A stretch of 64,000 nt of DNA, from positions 6,324,001-6,388,000 of the forward strand of contig JBHGNT010000012.1 of assembly GCA_043228905.1 (NCBI GenBank). Direction: 5' to 3'. The stretch comes from Azolla caroliniana (Eukaryota > Plantae > Polypodiophyta). Every line of letters starts with the position of its first letter. Position 1 is the stretch's first letter. A model generated the notes under the pieces. That model ran no database searches. It had not been told where the DNA came from and was given only the letters and a program-made list of their open reading frames with translations. Position numbers and translations under genes: made by a program. Positions 59,717 to 64,000 of the stretch are shown here, one piece after another.

Positions 59717-60039
59717 TCTCTTCTCTTCTCTTCTCTTTCCTCCCTCTCGGGAGTCTTACGTTGTCCCGTCCTCTTAGTACTAATAGTACTTCCCTTCTCT
59801 AGTACTAATTCTCTCTCTGTTTTAGTATTATTCCTGACAACATCCACATACTCAACACATAGTGCAGATCTTCTATTGTATTCATCATCATCAACCTCTT
59901 CAATCAGGTGACTTCCGGTTATCTTTCTTGTTCATGGAAAATTGTTTTTATCCCAGATCGCTATCACATCAAGAATAATGGATATGAACATGAATTCTTC
60001 TCAAATTGTGGGGGACATTGATATGGACACAATTGATCT

Positions 60040-63000
60040 GAAACAGAGTAATATGATGGTTTAATGTAATAGTGAAAGGGAAGACATTGGAATCTCTAAG
60101 AGGTTTAAGGGTATTAAGGAAATTTATGAGAAAAAAGCGACATATTCCGAAGTAATACATGTAAATGAGGTTGACAAGGATCATTGTAATGAGGATAATT
60201 TATGGGGAATTGCTAATACCTTGTTGTTTGATATTGTGGAAGAAAATGAAAATGCAACAAAAGAATGCATTGATGAGGATGTGCATGATGTGGAAGTTGA
60301 TGCTAAGGAAGTGTTGCAATCTTTTGATGTATTCTATGATCGTGTGGTTATATTGTTTTTTATTGGAAAACTCCCATACATTAATTAGATTAAATAATGG
60401 TTGAACAAAATTGTGCCACCAAATTGTGTTAAAAATATATATGCAAGACCACGAGGGTTTTATGTAGTGTTTCGTTCACCAGTGTTGTGAAGATTTTCAG
60501 CAATAGTGTGAAACTTGTAAGGAACATACGAAATCGAGTGTGGTTCTTCTCATGAAATATAAAACAATAATAGTAGAGATACTATTTTAAATAAGTTTAA
60601 TAACTTGGTACAAAAAGATGGAGGTCTTGAAGAGCTTTTGAATGCACTTTACTACGTAGGAAACAAACATCTAAGTGTTAAGTTATGTGGGTATAAAGTT
60701 TGCAAAGAAAAAGAGAAAAATAAAACAATGTGATATCCTACATAGACAGGACAAATAAGGATCCCACCATATAAGGCAGGGCAAAAGCTATTATCTTTGT
60801 GTTTATGTGTGGAGCATAGAAAGGTTAAGTTGTATGACTTAACGAATGGATGTAACCAAATGCATATAACTACGAGTTTTGGACGGATCTGGCGACGACG
60901 ATCGATGGCATCTGGCATCCGGCGACGGCAACCGACGGAGCCGGCGAGACGACGACCGGACGGAGAAACGCCTTGTTAAAAAAATACATTAATAATTAAA
61001 AACATATATGTATATTAAAAAGGAGTGCAAGTGAAGATTTGATCCTTGCATCTCCACGTTGAGAGTCTATAGACTCACGACTAGGCTATGACATTTCCTT
61101 CGAAATCTTTTTCTTATCATTATAATTTTACATGTAAATTCTCATATTAGAGCTTGAGTGACATGTGATGCATGAGCGCCAAATGGCAAACATGCATCAT
61201 ATGCATGGGAGCATCTATAAAAGGGTGGATGAAAAAGATAAAAAAGGCTATGGATTATTCAAGAATTTAAGAAGAAGAAAATTCATTTTCTAATTGATGG
61301 TGTATCTTGTTTCTTAAATCTAAAGTCAAGGGTCCAATCATAATCTCTCTGACTCTATCTCTCTCACGCCATATCAATCTCTCTCGACCCAAAGTCAAGC
61401 GTTTAAATATCTCTCTCTTTTAAACTATCTTAAATCCTTTCTCGTTGAAGTTAGTGCAAACTTCGAATCCTTTCGGTCCAGAACCCTGATGGTTCCGCCT
61501 CACGATCCGCACCTAGTGACGGATCTTCACGACACCGGAACATCGAAGTGCATTGTTGGCTAAAGTTCTTGTGTTTTTTGATAAACGATTGGTGCATGTA
61601 ATGCAATGGTCCCCCGTTGTGGACTATCATGCTTTGTTAAAACAAGAATGCCTCATTTGGGTAACAGTGGATTGTAAGCATGCTTTTTTATGGCCACTTT
61701 TACCAAAGTTGATGAGTCAAATGGGTAAATTGTTTTAAATTGAAGTGGGAGACATTTGTAGGTCATTGTTTTGGATGTGGTGAATGAGGTCACTTTATGG
61801 CGGAATTCCATCGTCATTGTCCTTCAACTATAGAGGTTCCTAATGAAGGGAATGGTAAGGAAGGAGTTGGGAGAGATGTTGGCGTGTCAAATATTGTGGT
61901 TGTTATGGATGAAGGAACATCATCTAGAGTGGGTTATAAAGAGGTTTCACTTCAAGGTTTGGGCCCTAAGAATAGGGAGCTCAATCTATGGATATGGAAA
62001 AACAAAGTTTGGTGGTTATAGATAAGGGGAAAAAAACTGTTGGATAGAGCTAGTAGTGATGTTATTGTTGACAAGGATTGGCATCAGGTTAAAGGCAAGT
62101 TAAAGGGGAAATCAATGAATATGCAATGTAATAGTTTGCCCACTACTCGTGAGACTACTTGGAAAGGTAATTTAGGAACTAGGGAGGGTCCACGAAAAGT
62201 TCCTTGACAAAGACAATTTAGAGATAAGGGATTACCCCTTCACCTTCAATTTGATTCATTGGGATGGGTTGTAAATTCATCAAGTTCTCGAGGTTTTCAT
62301 CAAGCAGGAGGAGCTAAAAAAAAAGATTTCGATAGACGGCCCTAAGGATGTGGTGCATGAAAATTCCATATACAACATTGGAACATGCTTTGACTAGTTT
62401 CATGACATCGGTTGCTCTGAAGGAGCAAGTGCACCCACAACATTGTTTTTTGAATGAAAGTGGTAACATGGAATGTGAGAGGGGCGTGTTCTCCTCATAA
62501 GAAGTATATATTATGGCAAACTTTGTTCAATAAAGTATGTGGTGCATTATGTGCAGTTGAGCATAAGTGTCATGAGTTAGCAGGATCCACAGTTCATTTG
62601 CGTGGATATTCATCATTCTATGCATGACACCTTAATAATCATTATTCAGGTGTGGTATTAATCGTGTGGGATAAATATTATTCTCAAGTGGTGCATAATG
62701 ATCCTTATGGTCGGTGTTTAGTTCTAGAAATCACTTTTTTTGGCGAGGTTGTGTGGGTGGTTGGGATTTATGCCCCTAACCAAGCCACTCAACGTATTGC
62801 ATTATGGGGCTCACTCCGTCAAACCCTATGTGTGGGTCATCCAGGATTACTTATGGGTGATTTTAACATGTGTGTTGATGCATCTCAATTTACATCTGGA
62901 CATTCAATCATGGATGATCCTGAGCAAGTTGCTTGGGATTCATTAGCTATGGAGGTTCTGAAGTTGGATGTTTGGACATGGTTGCATGGGAATGATCCAA

Positions 63001-63860
63001 GTTTTACTTTCCAATCCGCTCAACATAGACAAACATGGAGTCAGTTAGATAGAATGTATGTGATGCACAATGATTCTTTTTTACCGACATCACTTCGTAT
63101 GACAATTTTACAAGATGTAGGAACTTCATATCGCTTTCCTATTTGTTTGGAGGTTTGTGGTCATGCAATTGACATGTATAAGTCTTTACTTGGAAAGTCT
63201 CATTACGTTTTAACTCTTCTCTTTTGCTTCTACCTCACTTTGATTCTTTCATGGAGCAAATTTTGGTAAATTTTTCACAAGAAGTGAATCTTAAAGGAGT
63301 TAAAGCATGGGAAATCACATTACGAAACATTAAGATCATTCATCGTATGTATGGAGTAACTAATGCTCAATGAAGAAGAGGTCTTCTTCGACAATTCTGA
63401 CAAGTTCTCTCCAGAGTGTAATGCATTATTGATACATGCACCATTAGATGAGGAGCTTTTAGATATCCAAAGTCAATTGCATGCTATTATTTCTCAGTTG
63501 CAATGCCAAAGTTATCGTTATGCGAAGATGCGACAATTGAGGGATGGACTCATAGATAATAAATGTCAATCTCATTTGTTTTTCCAAGTGTTACATCCTA
63601 CTTATACTCGATCTAATGTGGTACATGTGAAACAATGGGATGAATAGATAGTGGATCCTACTACAATAATTGACATATGTGTTCATTACTTTAAGGAGTT
63701 GATTGGCCCACAATTGTTAATGACAAATGAGGTGAGTAGGGCACGACATGAGTTTTATGATGTGGTTGGATGTATTGTGCATGAACTCATTAGTCATGAA
63801 TTGGATGCGGATTTCATTGAGGATGAGGTGGACAAAGTTTTAAGGCATCTTCCAAGTGGT
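60040..63860 (+). mobile_element. Degraded LINE (ORF1 about 60040-62300; ORF2 endonuclease from 62454), interrupted by two LTR insertions
   Basis: ORF1 RGFYVVFRSP-EHRSALL..VMQWSP and CFGCGE*GHFM knuckle; ORF2 MKVVTWNVRG, GIYAPN, MGDFN, FTF..SQLDRMYV; 5' boundary approximate. Confidence 0.8.
60483..61534 (+). mobile_element. Solo LTR (about 1.05 kb) in LINE ORF1
   Basis: TGTTGTGAAGAT...ATCTTCACGACA inverted termini; 4-bp TSD CCAG/CCGG; removal restores S-P-E-H frame; TATAAAAG near 61216. Confidence 0.85.
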
Positions 63861-64000
63861 TGTCATGATATGGCAAGACTCGAACCCATGACCTTAGGTT
63901 ACATAGGTCGAGCTCTTGACCATTATACCATCTATTGTAATACATAAGATATTATTTTCATTTAAGTTTCATTATAGAAAATTGATGTATATTCCAAATT
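63861..64000 (+). mobile_element. Start of another LTR of the 49022-59839 chromovirus family, inserted in LINE ORF2
   Basis: TGTCATGATATGGCAAGACTCGAACCCATG... nearly identical to 59384 onward; cut by the window end. Confidence 0.9.

Larger units (their letters stand above)
49022..59839 (+). mobile_element. Full-length decayed chromovirus (Tcn1-like Ty3/gypsy), LTRs 49022-49423 and 59384-59839
   Basis: TSD GCATC/ACATC; PPT AAGGGGGAAATAG 59371-59383; gag with CLYCGGPGHLAINC, protease LLDSGA, RT YLDD, RNase H, integrase SDRGPQF/HPQTDGQAER, chromodomain YEVAAVLDSK..YYLVNWLGY..TWEP; no tRNA PBS. Confidence 0.93.

Overview
Eukaryotic plant nuclear DNA, most likely a non-seed plant such as a fern (inferred from a Tcn1-type self-priming chromovirus, a tRNA-Trp-primed non-chromoviral Ty3/gypsy and a long PLS-class PPR gene). 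Three zones: (1) 1-20 kb, a nested TE pile in which a decayed minus-strand Ty1/copia is split by two stacked solo LTRs, a MITE, a truncated Ty3/gypsy, an RT-less copia and a 2.2-kb non-coding LTR element, followed by a PPR relic and a LINE relic; (2) 20-44 kb, a gene island with a PLS-PPR gene (-), thioredoxin y (+), cyclin B1 (+) and condensin II kleisin CAP-H2 (+); (3) 45-64 kb, a gypsy relic, a full-length decayed chromovirus carrying an intact young copia, and a LINE interrupted by two LTR insertions. The most unusual signals are: a non-coding LTR element with a self-priming signature whose interior is an array of about 20 covarying bulged hairpins; antisense tRNA-like A/B-box modules at tRNA spacing in the LTRs of four LTR families; a perfect heat-shock element in the chromovirus LTR; and two -1 frameshift cassettes, one with a clear H-type pseudoknot. 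All coordinates were read by eye; TSD-anchored ends are precise, relic boundaries are approximate.
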